A stretch of 64,000 bases of DNA from Kiritimatiellia bacterium (lineage in GTDB: Bacteria > Verrucomicrobiota > Kiritimatiellia > RFP12 > UBA1067), in assembly GCA_050949565.1 (NCBI GenBank), contig JBMNFY010000017.1, positions 1 to 64,000 on the forward strand, read 5' to 3'. This document shows positions 1 through 10,936 of the stretch, one piece after another. Below the pieces are notes generated by a model. The model did no database searches. It was not told where the DNA came from and was given only the letters and a program-made list of their open reading frames with translations. The translations under genes were made by a program, and so were the position numbers. Every line of letters starts with the position of its first letter. Position 1 is the first letter of the stretch.

Positions 1-1804
1 CCCAAAAAACCTTTGCGTCTCTGCGCCTCTGCGTTAAACGAATCCGAACCATGAAACACATGAAACTTCATGAAAAGTGGAGGCTTTCCTTGATGCTTCT
101 GGCGGTTCCAAAAAACCTGAGCCGTGCCCCCAAAAAACCTTTGCGTCTCTGCGCCTCTGCGTTAAACGAATCCGAACCATGAAACACATGAAACTTCATG
201 AAAAGTGGAGGCTTTCCTTGATGCTTCTGGCGGTTCCAAAAAACCTGAGCCGTGCCCCCAAAAAACCTTTGCGTCTCTGCGCCTCTGCGTTAAACGAATC
301 CGAACCATGAAACACATGAAACTTCATGAAAAGTGGAGGCTTTCCTTGATGCTTCTGGCGGTTCCAAAAAACCTGAGCCGTGCCCCCAAAAAACCTTTGC
401 GTCTCTGCGCCTCTGCGTTAAACGAATCCGAACCATGAAACACATGAAACTTCATGAAAAGTGGAGGCTTTCCTTGATGCTTCTGGCGGTTCCAAAAAAC
501 CTGAGCCGTGCCCCCAAAAAACCTTTGCGTCTCTGCGCCTCTGCGTTAAACGAATCCGAACCATGAAACACATGAAACTTCATGAAAAGTGGAGGCTTTC
601 CTTGATGCTTCTGGCGGTTCCAAAAAACCTGAGCCGTGCCCCCAAAAAACCTTTGCGTCTCTGCGCCTCTGCGTTAAACGAATCCGAACCATGAAACACA
701 TGAAACTTCATGAAAAGTGGAGGCTTTCCTTGATGCTTCTGGCGGTTCCAAAAAACCTGAGCCGTGCCCCCAAAAAACCTTTGCGTCTCTGCGCCTCTGC
801 GTTAAACGAATCCGAACCATGAAACACATGAAACTTCATGAAAAGTGGAGGCTTTCCTTGATGCTTCTGGCGGTTCCAAAAACCTGAGCCGTGCCCCCAA
901 AAAACCTTTGCGTCTCTGCGCCTCTGCGTTAAACGAATCCGAACCATGAAACACATGAAACTTCATGAAAAGTGGAGGCTTTCCTTGATGCTTCTGGCGG
1001 TTCCAAAAAAACCTGAGCCGTGCCCCCAAAAAACCTTTGCGTCTCTGCGCCTCTGCGTTAAACGAATCCGAACCATGAAACACATGAAACTTCATGAAAA
1101 GTGGAGGCTTTCCTTGATGCTTCTGGCGGTTCCAAAAAACCTGAGCCGTGCCCCCAAAAAACCTTTGCGTCTCTGCGCCTCTGCGTTAAACGAATCCGAA
1201 CCATGAAACACATGAAACTTCATGAAAAGTGGAGGCTTTCCTTGATGCTTCTGGCGGTTCCAAAAAACCTGAGCCGTGCCCCCAAAAAACCTTTGCGTCT
1301 CTGCGCCTCTGCGTTAAACGAATCCGAACCATGAAACACATGAAACTTCATGAAAAGTGGAGGCTTTCCTTGATGCTTCTGGCGGTTCCAAAAAACCTGA
1401 GCCGTGCCCCCAAAAAACCTTTGCGTCTCTGCGCCTCTGCGTTAAACGAATCCGAACCATGAAACACATGAAACTTCATGAAAAGTGGAGGCTTTCCTTG
1501 ATGCTTCTGGCGGTTCCAAAAAACCTGAGCCGTGCCCCCAAAAAACCTTTGCGTCTCTGCGCCTCTGCGTTAAACGAATCCGAACCATGAAACACATGAA
1601 ACTTCATGAAAAGTGGAGGCTTTCCTTGATGCTTCTGGCGGTTCCAAAAAACCTGAGCCGTGCCCCCAAAAAACCTTTGCGTCTCTGCGCCTCTGCGTTA
1701 AACGAATCCGAACCATGAAACACATGAAACTTCATGAAAAGTGGAGGCTTTCCTTGATGCTCCTGGCGGCTCCAAAAAACCTGAGCCGTGCCCCCAAAAA
1801 ACCT
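1..1804. repeat. 128-bp tandem repeat array, 14 full copies plus a partial copy; runs off the left edge
   Basis: The unit CCCAAAAAACCTTTGCGTCTCTGCGCCTCTGCGTTAAACG...CTGAGCCGTGCC recurs at 1, 129, 257 ... 1665. The only differences seen are A-run lengths (about 878-882 and 1005-1011) and two T>C changes in the last copy (1762, 1770). Confidence 0.98.
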
Positions 1805-1876
1805 CTGTGCCCTCTGTGCTCTCTGAGGTTCCCGTACTTATTACATCTTACCTATTACCTACTACCTATTACTTCC
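1802..1876. repeat. 9-bp triad followed by a 7-bp periodic run, bounding the array
   Basis: CCTCTGTGC CCTCTGTGC TCTCTGAGG, then TACTTAT TACATCT TACCTAT TACCTAC TACCTAT TACTTCC. Confidence 0.85.
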
Positions 1877-2020
1877 GACTCCAGGCAGGCAGACTCCGTC
1901 CCCGTGAAGTATGCGGAAAAAGAACTCCGTCCACTTCCTAACATGCTGACTAATAAGGAATTATGCAACATTTGGCACACAGGAGGGAACGGGTCTCCAT
2001 CCCCTTCCATGATCGTGAAG

Positions 2021-2049
2021 AGAGTAGCACAATGGGGAAAGAGGCGCAA
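2021..2049 (-). promoter_or_regulatory. Putative sigma70 promoter pointing into the 128-bp array
   Basis: Minus strand TTGCGC-N17-TACTCT with an extended -10 (TGTG). Confidence 0.5.
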
Positions 2050-2071
2050 TCATAATTAGTGCGTTAGTTAA

Positions 2072-2278
2072 TTAGCGGCGGCCCTGCGCCCGTCGCAGGT
2101 CCTGCCGTTGGACAGCGCGGGCGTCGAGTCGCTCTTCGGCGCGCTCATGGGGCTGCACGACAGGCGCAGAAGAAGCTGCTCGGCTTCCCGAGGGATAGGG
2201 ATAGACATACGAGGCGACCTCCGCGCCATTGTCAAGGTTGACGACCAATGAACGGTACGAGTTGGCGCCGTAATCCAA
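2072..2278 (-). pseudogene. Possible small hypothetical protein or 3' gene remnant
   Basis: Codon usage looks coding (many GC-ending codons). The frame stays open upstream but has no convincing start or RBS. Confidence 0.3.
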
Positions 2279-2353
2279 ACGATTACGTAACGGGGCATCT
2301 TCGTTGCTTAACCACCTGTCCTTTTGTTGCTTCTTAGTTGCGCAAGGCTGGTG

Positions 2354-2447
2354 CCGGGCTGTGTGGCACGGGCATCTTTCTTGCCCGTGTGGCGGCGTGA
2401 ACGCCGCCCGGACGAGCAGACGCTCGTCCGGGCGCTGCGCGGGCCCA
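2354..2447. other. Multi-hairpin structured element directly downstream of giant protein 1
   Basis: Hairpins at 2367-2389, 2391-2408 and 2409-2430. A homologous element lies at 45233-45320. Confidence 0.65.
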
Positions 2448-2459
2448 GACCGCAGTTAC

Positions 2460-5400
2460 TTATTTGAGCAACATGACCGATCCGCCCTGACTCGTGAGAC
2501 GCATCTCCGTAGCCGTGCGGACGATCTTGTACTTGGACGGGAAGCCACTGATCGCCGGCTTGTCACCGGCGAAACCGCCGGCGGCCTGTGCAATGACGTA
2601 GGTAGACTCCGTCAACTCGGCATCCGTCGCCGGCACGATCAGGACTTGCGAGAGGTCCACCGTCCCCGTCGAGGTCAGACAGTCGCTTGTAGCGCCGCTG
2701 ACCGTCACACGGTAAGTCGTCCCTTCGGACAGCGCCACGCCATCGAGCGCGAGCGTGCCGATTGCCTCGTCGCCGGCCGGGCTCAGCACCGTGCCGGATG
2801 CGAGCGTGCCGTTGATCACCGAACCGCCGCCGGTCAACAAACCCACCGCGCAGCTTTCGCCGTTCAGGTCCAGCGTCGTGCCGGTCTCCAACCTGACCTC
2901 AGCCTCCGCAAACACGCTTTCCATCGCAAGAGGATTTGTCGCCGTACGGGTGAAGAGCGAACCGTCTCCGGGATCAGTCGGAACCTCGTAGAGCGAGAGA
3001 TCCTCGGCGTCGCGCCCCTGCCAATCCACGGCGAACGCCATCGCGCTGCTGGTCCACCAGCCGGCCACGTTGCCGGCAGCCCCGCCGCCGCCCTGCCCGA
3101 AACGCGCCTCGAACGCATGCGGTCCGGGTGCGAGCGTGATTGTACCCTTGGTGGGCACGTTCCACCCGCCGCCGCCATTGATCACCGTGGTGCCGCCGAT
3201 GACCAACAGGACGGAGTCGTCGAAGTTCTCGGCGAAGGTCCAGGTCACGTCGCTCTCCGAACGGTTCCAGATGTAACCGGTATAAACGTAGGTGGAGTTT
3301 TTCGGCCACAGCTTGCCGTTGATACTGCCGTTCTCGCCGCAACTGCCATTGGCGGCAGTCGTGGTGAATTCGATGGCCGTCGCGGGGTTCGGGGTGACCT
3401 TGTCGAATGAATTGTCGTCGATCCGTCCTTCAAACAGGCCGGGAGCGGGCGTCGTGTTGAGTTTCACCGTGCCGCCCGCCACATGGACGACCGGTCGCTC
3501 GATCATTTGCTCGGGCACATAGTCAACGTGTGTGGTCAGCAGCGAGCCGTCCCCCGGATCTTGGAGCAGGATGTAGTCGTTCACATCGGTCGACCCGCGT
3601 CCCTGCGGATCATACGTCAGCCCGCCGAGTCCGCTGGCCGGACCGACGTCGCCCGCCCCGTCGCCGTAACGAATCTCGATCGCATGCGGACCCGGGGTCA
3701 GCGTATGATCCTGATACACAACGCCCTGACCGAGCGTCACGTCCCTGACCACCGCGCCGTCGATCATCAGACGCACGTTATCATCGAAGGTGAAGCGCCA
3801 GGTCCAGGTCACGTCGCTCTCCGAACGGTTCCAGATGTAGCCGGAGTAGATCCATGTGTGGTTGTTCCCGCGCCAGAGACCACCGGCGTACGTGCTATTG
3901 GAGGTCTTGGCACCGTTGCCGGCGCGCGTGGTGAGTTGGCGGCTGACCAGTTCGCCGGTCTCTGTCGTGTTCCAGTTTTGCATGACGACACTCTCCAAAA
4001 GGCCGGGCCCCCGTGTGTATGTGTCGGGAATGTCGATCGTCAGCAACGAGCCGTCGCCGGGATCAATGATCTGGCGATAATCCGCCGAATTTGACGAAGC
4101 GCGGCCCAGCGGATCATACGCGATGCCGTAGGGCTCGCCGGTCGGTCCGGCGTGGCCGGTACCGTCGCCGAAACGCATCTCGATGGCATGCGGCCCCGGT
4201 GTCAGCGTGACATTCGCAACCACCGCCGCCGAGTTGCCGGCGGTGATCACCCGTGCGCCGTCGATGACCAGCGAGACATTGTCGTCAAAGCGGGCGCGGA
4301 ACGACCAGGTCTCATTGGTCGCGGCACGGTTCCAGATGTAACCGGTATAGATCCAAGTATGGTTGTCGCCGGCCCAGATGCCGCCCGCATAGGTGGTGTT
4401 GACGGCCTGCGAGCCGATCGCCGCACGTGTCGTCAACTGAAGGCCGCTGCAGGGATTGGGCGAGGTGGTGTTCCATCTCTCACGGATCATGCCTTCCCAG
4501 AGCCCCGGCGTCAGCAGCTTCGGATACGAGGCGGGGCCGAGCACGACCGGCGTATTGATCTCAAGTGTCCCGTCGCCGGATTTGGTCAGCGCGGCTGTCG
4601 CGATCTGACCATTGATGATGTGTCCGCTCGTGACCGACACATTGCCGTTTGAGAGGGTTTGACCGCACAGATTAAGCACGCCGCCATCGATGGAGAGCTG
4701 CGAATACGGCGAGATCATCCCCGTCTGGCCAAGCAGCAGAGTACCTTCGCGTACCTCGGTGGGGCCGGTATAACTGTTGGTCGCGCCCAGCACCAAGGCA
4801 CCGCTACCCAGCTTCGTCAACCCTCCCGACGCCGGAGCGCCCAACACCGGTATCCCGAGGGTCGCGGCTGTCGTGGCTCCTCCACCCACCAACGTGACTG
4901 TCGGCGGACTGGTATAATCCGTGCCGGGCGACGTAACTTCGATGGCCGCCACTGTGCCGCTGGCCCAATCCATCTGCGCAAACGCGGACGCGCCTTTACC
5001 GCCACCGCCTGTGATCCGCACGAACGGCGCACCGATGTATCCCGCGCCCGCCGAGGCAACGGGGATCGACATCACGCCGAGTCCGGTCGGACGACGCAGC
5101 GGTGTGTTGATCGACAGCATCATGCCGGCCGTCGGAATATCCACGATCGCGCCGTTCTCAAAAACGGTCACATCGGGATAGCGACCGGCGTCTCCGTTGA
5201 ACAGCTCAGCGGTGTCCGGATTCACGGCGCGCAACAGACCGCCGTTCCAGTTGACCAGCGCGTCGGTATTGGAGCGGTTGGCGCGCCAGATGCGCTTGGC
5301 GGTCGTCTCGCCGCCATTCAGGTTGAGCATGGCGGTCATGTTGTTGCGGTTGCCCAGATTGATCGTTCCGTTGTTGGTGACCACCGCGCTCCCGCTAACC

Positions 5401-8400
5401 GTCATGATGGCAACGCCAGCCGAAGTGTTGTTCTCGCTTTCATCACCGATCTTGAGCGAGGTTTTATTGTCGACAAGGCCGCCGGACACATGCGCCACGC
5501 CCACGCCGCCGCGGCTGATCCCGATCGTTCCGCCATAGGTGGCATCGAATACCAACACGCCCCCCGTCTGCTCAAGGATGCCATAACTGGTCAGGCCACA
5601 CCCGATTTGCGTGTACCCATTGTTGGTCAGCACGCCGTCCGCCAGAAGATAGTATCCGTATCCCGCGTTACCGATGCGGCCATCGTTGGCCGCGCCGCCC
5701 GTGTTGTGCATCACGCCGCCGGTCTGGTACACCGCGCCGACACCTGCTGTTCCGTTGCCCACCAGCAAACGTCCGGCAGATGAATCCGTCGTCCTCGACG
5801 CGCATCACGCCGCGACCGTTGTCGCCGATCACGACCTGGGGCTGGCCGCCCACGTTATACCCCTTGTCCAACGTCTCGATCCGCGTGGTACCGCCCACCA
5901 CCAGTGTGGCCAACGGATCGGACGTTGAGGGGCTCTCGCCCACCACGACGCTCTGGTCGCCCAGGTAGCGGCTGACCGGCGACAGATCCAGCGTGCCGCC
6001 ATAGACGCGGACGGCCCGAGATTCGCTCCCGTACCCGACAGGGTCAGCGTGTTCGGCCCCAGCTTGCGCACACCCAGATGAGGCAGGTCGCGGCGCTGTA
6101 GTCCAGATCCTCGTAAGCGGTGTCGAAGCCGATCGACGTTGTCGTCCCGGCAAACGTGGTGCCGTTGTTGATCACGGTCGTTGATTTCCGCCAGCGTGAA
6201 GCCCGGCTGCGTGCCGGCGGCATCCGCCACGCGCAGCGCCAAGCAGCCGGCATTGACCACCTCGACCGCAGTCGCATAGTTCGGCAAGGCGCCGGGCGAG
6301 ACGGCATACAGCGTGCCGTTCGAGACGGCGGCACCGCCGGTCCAACTGTTGTTGGTGTTGCGCAGGTAGGTGATGCTGTTGTCATTGCCGACCTTGACCA
6401 GCCGGCCGGCTCCCGAAATCTCACCGGTGTAGGTGTCGCTGAAGGCGCCGCCGCCGTCGAACCGGACCGTCCCGTTCAGCGCGACAGGCCCCGCCCAGTT
6501 GTTCAGATTCGTCGTATAGCCGCTTCGCGTGAACACACGCGACCCCTCATCCAGGCTCAACGTCCAGCCGATCGGTTTGGCGACTTGGTAAAAATCGAAA
6601 TAGGCACCGTTGCGCACCGACATGACATTGTCGGCCGCACCGGACAAGGACGCCGCCACCTCAAGCGTTACGCCGCCCTGTTCGATATCGATAAACGACG
6701 TGCCGAGATCATTCGTGACCGTCGTGTTGGTGAAGCCGAAGAGCGAAGTGCCCTTTTTGGTAATGCCGTGCCCATTGAGGTTCATGTAGGTCTGCGTGGC
6801 GTTATCGCCGCGAATATCCAGCCGCTGCGAGCCGCCCACGGTCAGATCACCCAGCAACGTGACATACGACAGTGCCCAGTACTGGCTGTACGCGCCGGTA
6901 TTGAGCAGGGCGCCGTTACCGTCCGGACCGGCACCGGCCGCGTAAATGTGCTCGCTCCCCAGGCGCAGAGTGTTGGCGGCGCTCCCCCAGAAGTCCAGCG
7001 CGCCGCCGTCCTGCACCACCGTGGGCGCAGCGGTCGAACCGAACGTGGCATTGTGCAGGACGCGCGCCGTGCCGCGGCTCACGAGCGTCGTGCCCGCATA
7101 CGTGTTCCCGCTGTTCGGAAACGCGAGCGTGCCGTCGCCGGTCTTGATCAAGCCGCCATTGCCGCTGATCGTGCCGGCCGGCATATCGCGGACCACACTC
7201 GCCGGAACATCGACCGACAGCGCCCCCGCATTGATGGCCGTACCGCCGGTGTGCGACGCCGGGCCGATCAGGCGAACATCGCCGGGGCCAGACTTCTCAA
7301 GGCGCACCACGTTCGCGCCGTTGTTCTGCAGTGCGGCGTTGACGATAAGCGCCGCCCCGCCGGACACGTTGGCGTTCGCCAGCACCAGCTTGTTGCTGGC
7401 GGAGGCGGGTGCGGTCAACACGCCGTCGCCGGCTGCGGCGCCGAGCGTCAGGCCGGCCGCGCCATCCGCAATCTGCACGCGCGGCACCGTCAGCGTGGCA
7501 CCGCCGAAGGTGACGACCGCCTCCGTCGCCGTCTCCTGCGCGAGCAGCGCTACGGCCGTCGGGTTGGCCCCCAGCGTGATGCCGCCCGTCGTACCGGCGG
7601 TCGTGATACGCGCGGCTTCGCCTGAATTGTTGGTGATGACCGAGGGCCCGAGCGCAGAGAGCGTTTGGGCTGGCAGGTTGGCGGCATGGATGCCCTCGGT
7701 CGAAGAGTATGCGGCCAGATCCGTGCCGCCATTGACGGTCGCCCACGGCCCGATCAGGCCGTCTGGCTGGCCGGTGATGAAAATCTTGGTCGTTGTGCCC
7801 AGTCCGTCCGCCGTGATGTCGAGCGTCCCGGAGACATGCTCCAGCGAGGCGAAGGTCACCGTCGCCGATGCGGCCCCCGGCGCGACGGTCAGGCGTGATT
7901 CCGCCCCGTCGATCTGCAGGGTTCCGAAGGTCGCGCTGTAATCGGCAACAGGGATGCCGGCATTCAACAGGAGCCGCCCTCCGCGCACCCGCAGCAGCGA
8001 GGCGGCGCTCAGCGAGCCGGAGGCGGTGAAGCCGAGCGTGCCCTCGTCGATCACCGTGTCGCCGGTGTAGGTGTTGGCCGCCGAAAGGATCTGCGTGCCG
8101 GCCCCGCGCTTGTACAGCCAAAGACGACCCGTGCCGCCGTTTTCAATGACGCCGCTGTTCTCGATCACACCCGACGGATCGACCACGTTGAAGATGAAGC
8201 CATGCGCGTTGTTGTTGCCCGACAGGAATTGACCCGTAAACGCGAGCGTGCCGCTACCGGTGTGTTCGACGGTCACGTCTTGCGAAGCACCCGCATTTTG
8301 GTAGAACGTGCGGTCGGTCGAGCCGCTCGTACCGGTGAAACGGAAGGTCGTGTTGTTTACCGTGAACTTGAAGGATTGACCGACTCCCAGCGTGCTCGGG

Positions 8401-8975
8401 ACGCCCACGTTCGCAACACTCGGCACGGAAATCGCGCCGGACGATGTAATCAGCGTATTGCCGACCTGCTCGTTGCCGGGATTGGCCAGTTCGATCGTAC
8501 CACCGGTGCCATTGTGCTCAAAGCCGTTCTGCCCGGTAATTTTGGCCCGTATCGAGAGGGTCTTGCCCGGGGCAGCCTGATTGTCGGCGAAGTTCTCGCC
8601 CGTGTTCACACTGAAACTCAGCGTGCCGTCACCATCAATGACCGCGTCTTCTTCGGCGCGCAACGTCAGCGCCCCGGAGTTTATCAGGCTCAGGTGAGCG
8701 CCCGCGGCAATCGTCAGCGTCATGCCCGGGTTGCGGAAGTAAATCGTTTTGATAGCCTGATCCTGATTGATCAAGACGTTTGGCGGCGTACCTGCCGGAA
8801 AGACCACGGTATCGGCACTACCCGCAGGCGCGGTATTGTCTTGCCAGTTCTGCGGATTCGTCCAGAGGGTATCGCCGCCGGCTCCGGTCCACGTCCGTTC
8901 AGCGCCGTACGCGCCCCAGACAACAGCAATCATCCATCCCGCACACACTCCTACTTTCAAACGCATAGGGTTCAT
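2460..8975 (-). CDS. Giant secreted autotransporter-associated beta-strand repeat protein with three PA14-like domains (about 2171 aa; four clustered frameshifts at about 5775-6180)
   Basis: Signal peptide followed by AERTWTGAG. Many GGLTKLGSGALVL/KRGAGTQILSAANTYTG repeats and three IYTGYIWNR...FDDNV...GPHAIE repeats. Ends GGSVMLLK. ORFs 5829..8975, 6044..6424, 5668..6153 and 2460..5768 join into one protein, and the first and last are in the same frame. Confidence 0.9.
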
Positions 8976-9026
8976 GGCTCACTCCCTCCTTTTTTCCTCT
9001 ACCACCTTCACATTCAATCGCCCGAG

Positions 9027-9056
9027 ACTATACTACGCTGTGGGCTAATCAGTCAA
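9027..9056 (-). promoter_or_regulatory. Putative sigma70 promoter of giant protein 1
   Basis: TTGACT-N18-TATAGT, about 50 bp upstream of the start; GGAGGGAG RBS before the ATG. Confidence 0.6.
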
Positions 9057-9226
9057 GCAACATCACTCAACGCACCAAGATCAGCGTGCCGTCTGCGGCG
9101 AAGGCCAAGCGGACGGTCTGTCCTTTTTTTTCATGCTGCCTCCGACGTTCCATACCCAACCACCATTCAACGGTTACTGAATGATAGTTCAAACAGGCGT
9201 ATCCGTCGAGGAGAGAGTGAATAGTA

Positions 9227-10296
9227 TTGGGATACGCCATCAAGCTACTGTCCGTCTGTCCGCCAGACAAAGAGCGTTGGCTGGAAGAAGGTATATACAG
9301 CATGTGCTTCCATGCCCTCTACCTTACTGTGGTGCGCCCGCTGTTTGTAAGGCCGAATCTCACCGCAGCGTTGACGGAGGATACTGAAAAGACGTACGAT
9401 ATGGCCATCTTTGAGCCGACGGGCTCGGACCGATTTCCGCGTGTTGTCGCGCTATGTGACGAGGTATTTGATTATGGCAAAAGTGCTGAAGGATCTATCG
9501 CAACTCCCCAGGAGTTCATTCAAGCCATCCGATCCCGTAAAGAAACCACCGCCTACCGAAACCTCCTGATGACGACGCCAGAGCCGTGCTCGCGTATTTC
9601 TCTAAAAAAGGGCAGACCGCTGAGGTCCCGGCCGAAGCGCAGACTGACGACGGCGAGGCGGCCAAACTCAAAGCGCTCGAAGAGACCATACGCAAACTCA
9701 CCGACGCGAAAGAGAAGGCAGAAACACGGGCCTTGATAGCCGAGCAGAATCTGGCGAAAACGGCAGTCGCACGGACAAAGGCCGAAGACGAGGTAAAACG
9801 GTTGCAAGGCGAGTGCGGTCGGCTTCAAGGTGAAGCCCGGAAAAGGGCAGAGGCGGAAACGCGTCCGGAGGAGACGGCGCCAGCAACGCCGATCGAAGCG
9901 CCACCGGCCAACGGTCTTCTTGTGCTACCTAAAAGTTTTGCCGAGGTGTTCGATGGTGAACTCCGCGAGATGGTGTTGGCGGCGCTTGCAGATGCCCGCG
10001 ACGCAGCCAAACAAAGTGGCAAGACCCGCCGCACAGCGGCTCTCGATGCCGTTTTGGCGGTAAACCGTTCAAGCGGCGAGCTTGACCGTCGCCGCACCGA
10101 GTTGCAGCAAATCCTAAAGAATTACGACCACACCTCCGATCCCGCTGTGTTGTCAAAACTCGGCTTCAAGCTTATCCGCAAACGTACGCATTGGATACTC
10201 GATTATGCCGGCGTCCGGCTGACACTCTCCAAGACGCCTTCCGATTTCCGCGCAAATCGCAACAAGGCTAGCGTTATCGAGAACAAGTGCTTTTGA
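9227..10296 (+). CDS. Hypothetical coiled-coil protein with a C-terminal HicA-like (KTPSDxR) domain; frameshift at about 9565
   Basis: ORFs 9227..9736 and 9586..10296 join if one C is added in CTCCTGAT. Central coiled coil; C-terminus LGFKLIRKRTHWILDY...TLSKTPSDFRANRN. The start may be at 9181 with a second indel. Confidence 0.7.
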
Positions 10297-10505
10297 GAAA
10301 TGCCTTGGGACAAACAGAATGGGGAATGGTTATGCGCAAACTTATGATTTTTTCACAACAAGGATCCGCACCTCGGATGAAGAAACCAGGGGTGACGGAA
10401 GATGGCCCATGACTTCGGGCTTCGTGTGAGAGACAAACCCCTAAATCCTCCCTCCTAAATCCTCCTTCGGTACGCATTCAACGGAGTTGAATCGCACCGC
10501 CGGCG

Positions 10506-10534
10506 TTGACGGCGCATACTGAAAATCGTACGAT
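10506..10534 (+). promoter_or_regulatory. Putative sigma70 promoter of the PII-like/antiporter operon
   Basis: TTGACG-N17-TACGAT. Confidence 0.55.
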
Positions 10535-10583
10535 GTGGCCGTACAACTTAGAAAGTCACTGCCAACAAGAGAAAGGCTTAAGC

Positions 10584-10928
10584 ATGAATCTCTGCTTTGT
10601 CGTCGTCAATGACATCGACAAATTTGAAGACCTCCTAAGCGAGTTCAACAACCGGAAACTGTACGGCGGAACCATCTTCGACACCATGGGCATGGCCAGA
10701 GCCATGGGGCAACACAGCGGAATCGGTCATTCCATCAGAGGGTTTCTCAACAAGGGCCGCCCCTTTAATAAGACGATCATGATGGCCGTTTCGGACGAAC
10801 AACTCCAAGCGGTCAAGGAAGCCTTCGAGACGGTCATGGGAAAATTAGGCAGCGAAAATGTGGGCATCATCGTCGCTCTTCCCCTTACGGCTTTCTGGGG
10901 AATTAAGGACCACTCTTCGCGGGCTTAG
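10584..10928 (+). CDS. PII-like (GlnB-fold) regulatory protein
   Basis: 114 aa with the pattern GGTIFDTMGM...NKTIM...GIIVALPL typical of PII-like proteins; GAAAGG RBS before ATG 10584. Confidence 0.75.
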   Translation: MNLCFVVVNDIDKFEDLLSEFNNRKLYGGTIFDTMGMARAMGQHSGIGHSIRGFLNKGRPFNKTIMMAVSDEQLQAVKEAFETVMGKLGSENVGIIVALPLTAFWGIKDHSSRA

Positions 10929-10936
10929 GAGGCGCT

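Noticed and set aside
1-1804. CRISPR array or repeated 77-aa genes
   Set aside because: There are no unique spacers and no cas genes. The ORFs only reflect the 128-bp period, rotate frame and lack credible translation signals.
1970-2010. tRNA- or tmRNA-like sequence on the minus strand (GGGGATGG...GCCA)
   Set aside because: Too short, with no TPsiC arm or acceptor-stem pairing.
5770-6185. Programmed frameshifting or phase variation in giant protein 1
   Set aside because: Four single-base indels within about 410 bp give a net zero shift with no slippery tracts. This is best explained by a low-quality consensus stretch, like the indels at about 9565, 37117 and 49210. Raw reads are needed to exclude true pseudogenisation.
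9085-9131. Riboswitch or attenuator upstream of the coiled-coil gene
   Set aside because: A hairpin plus T-tract is present, but they are separated by several bases and there is no recognisable aptamer.
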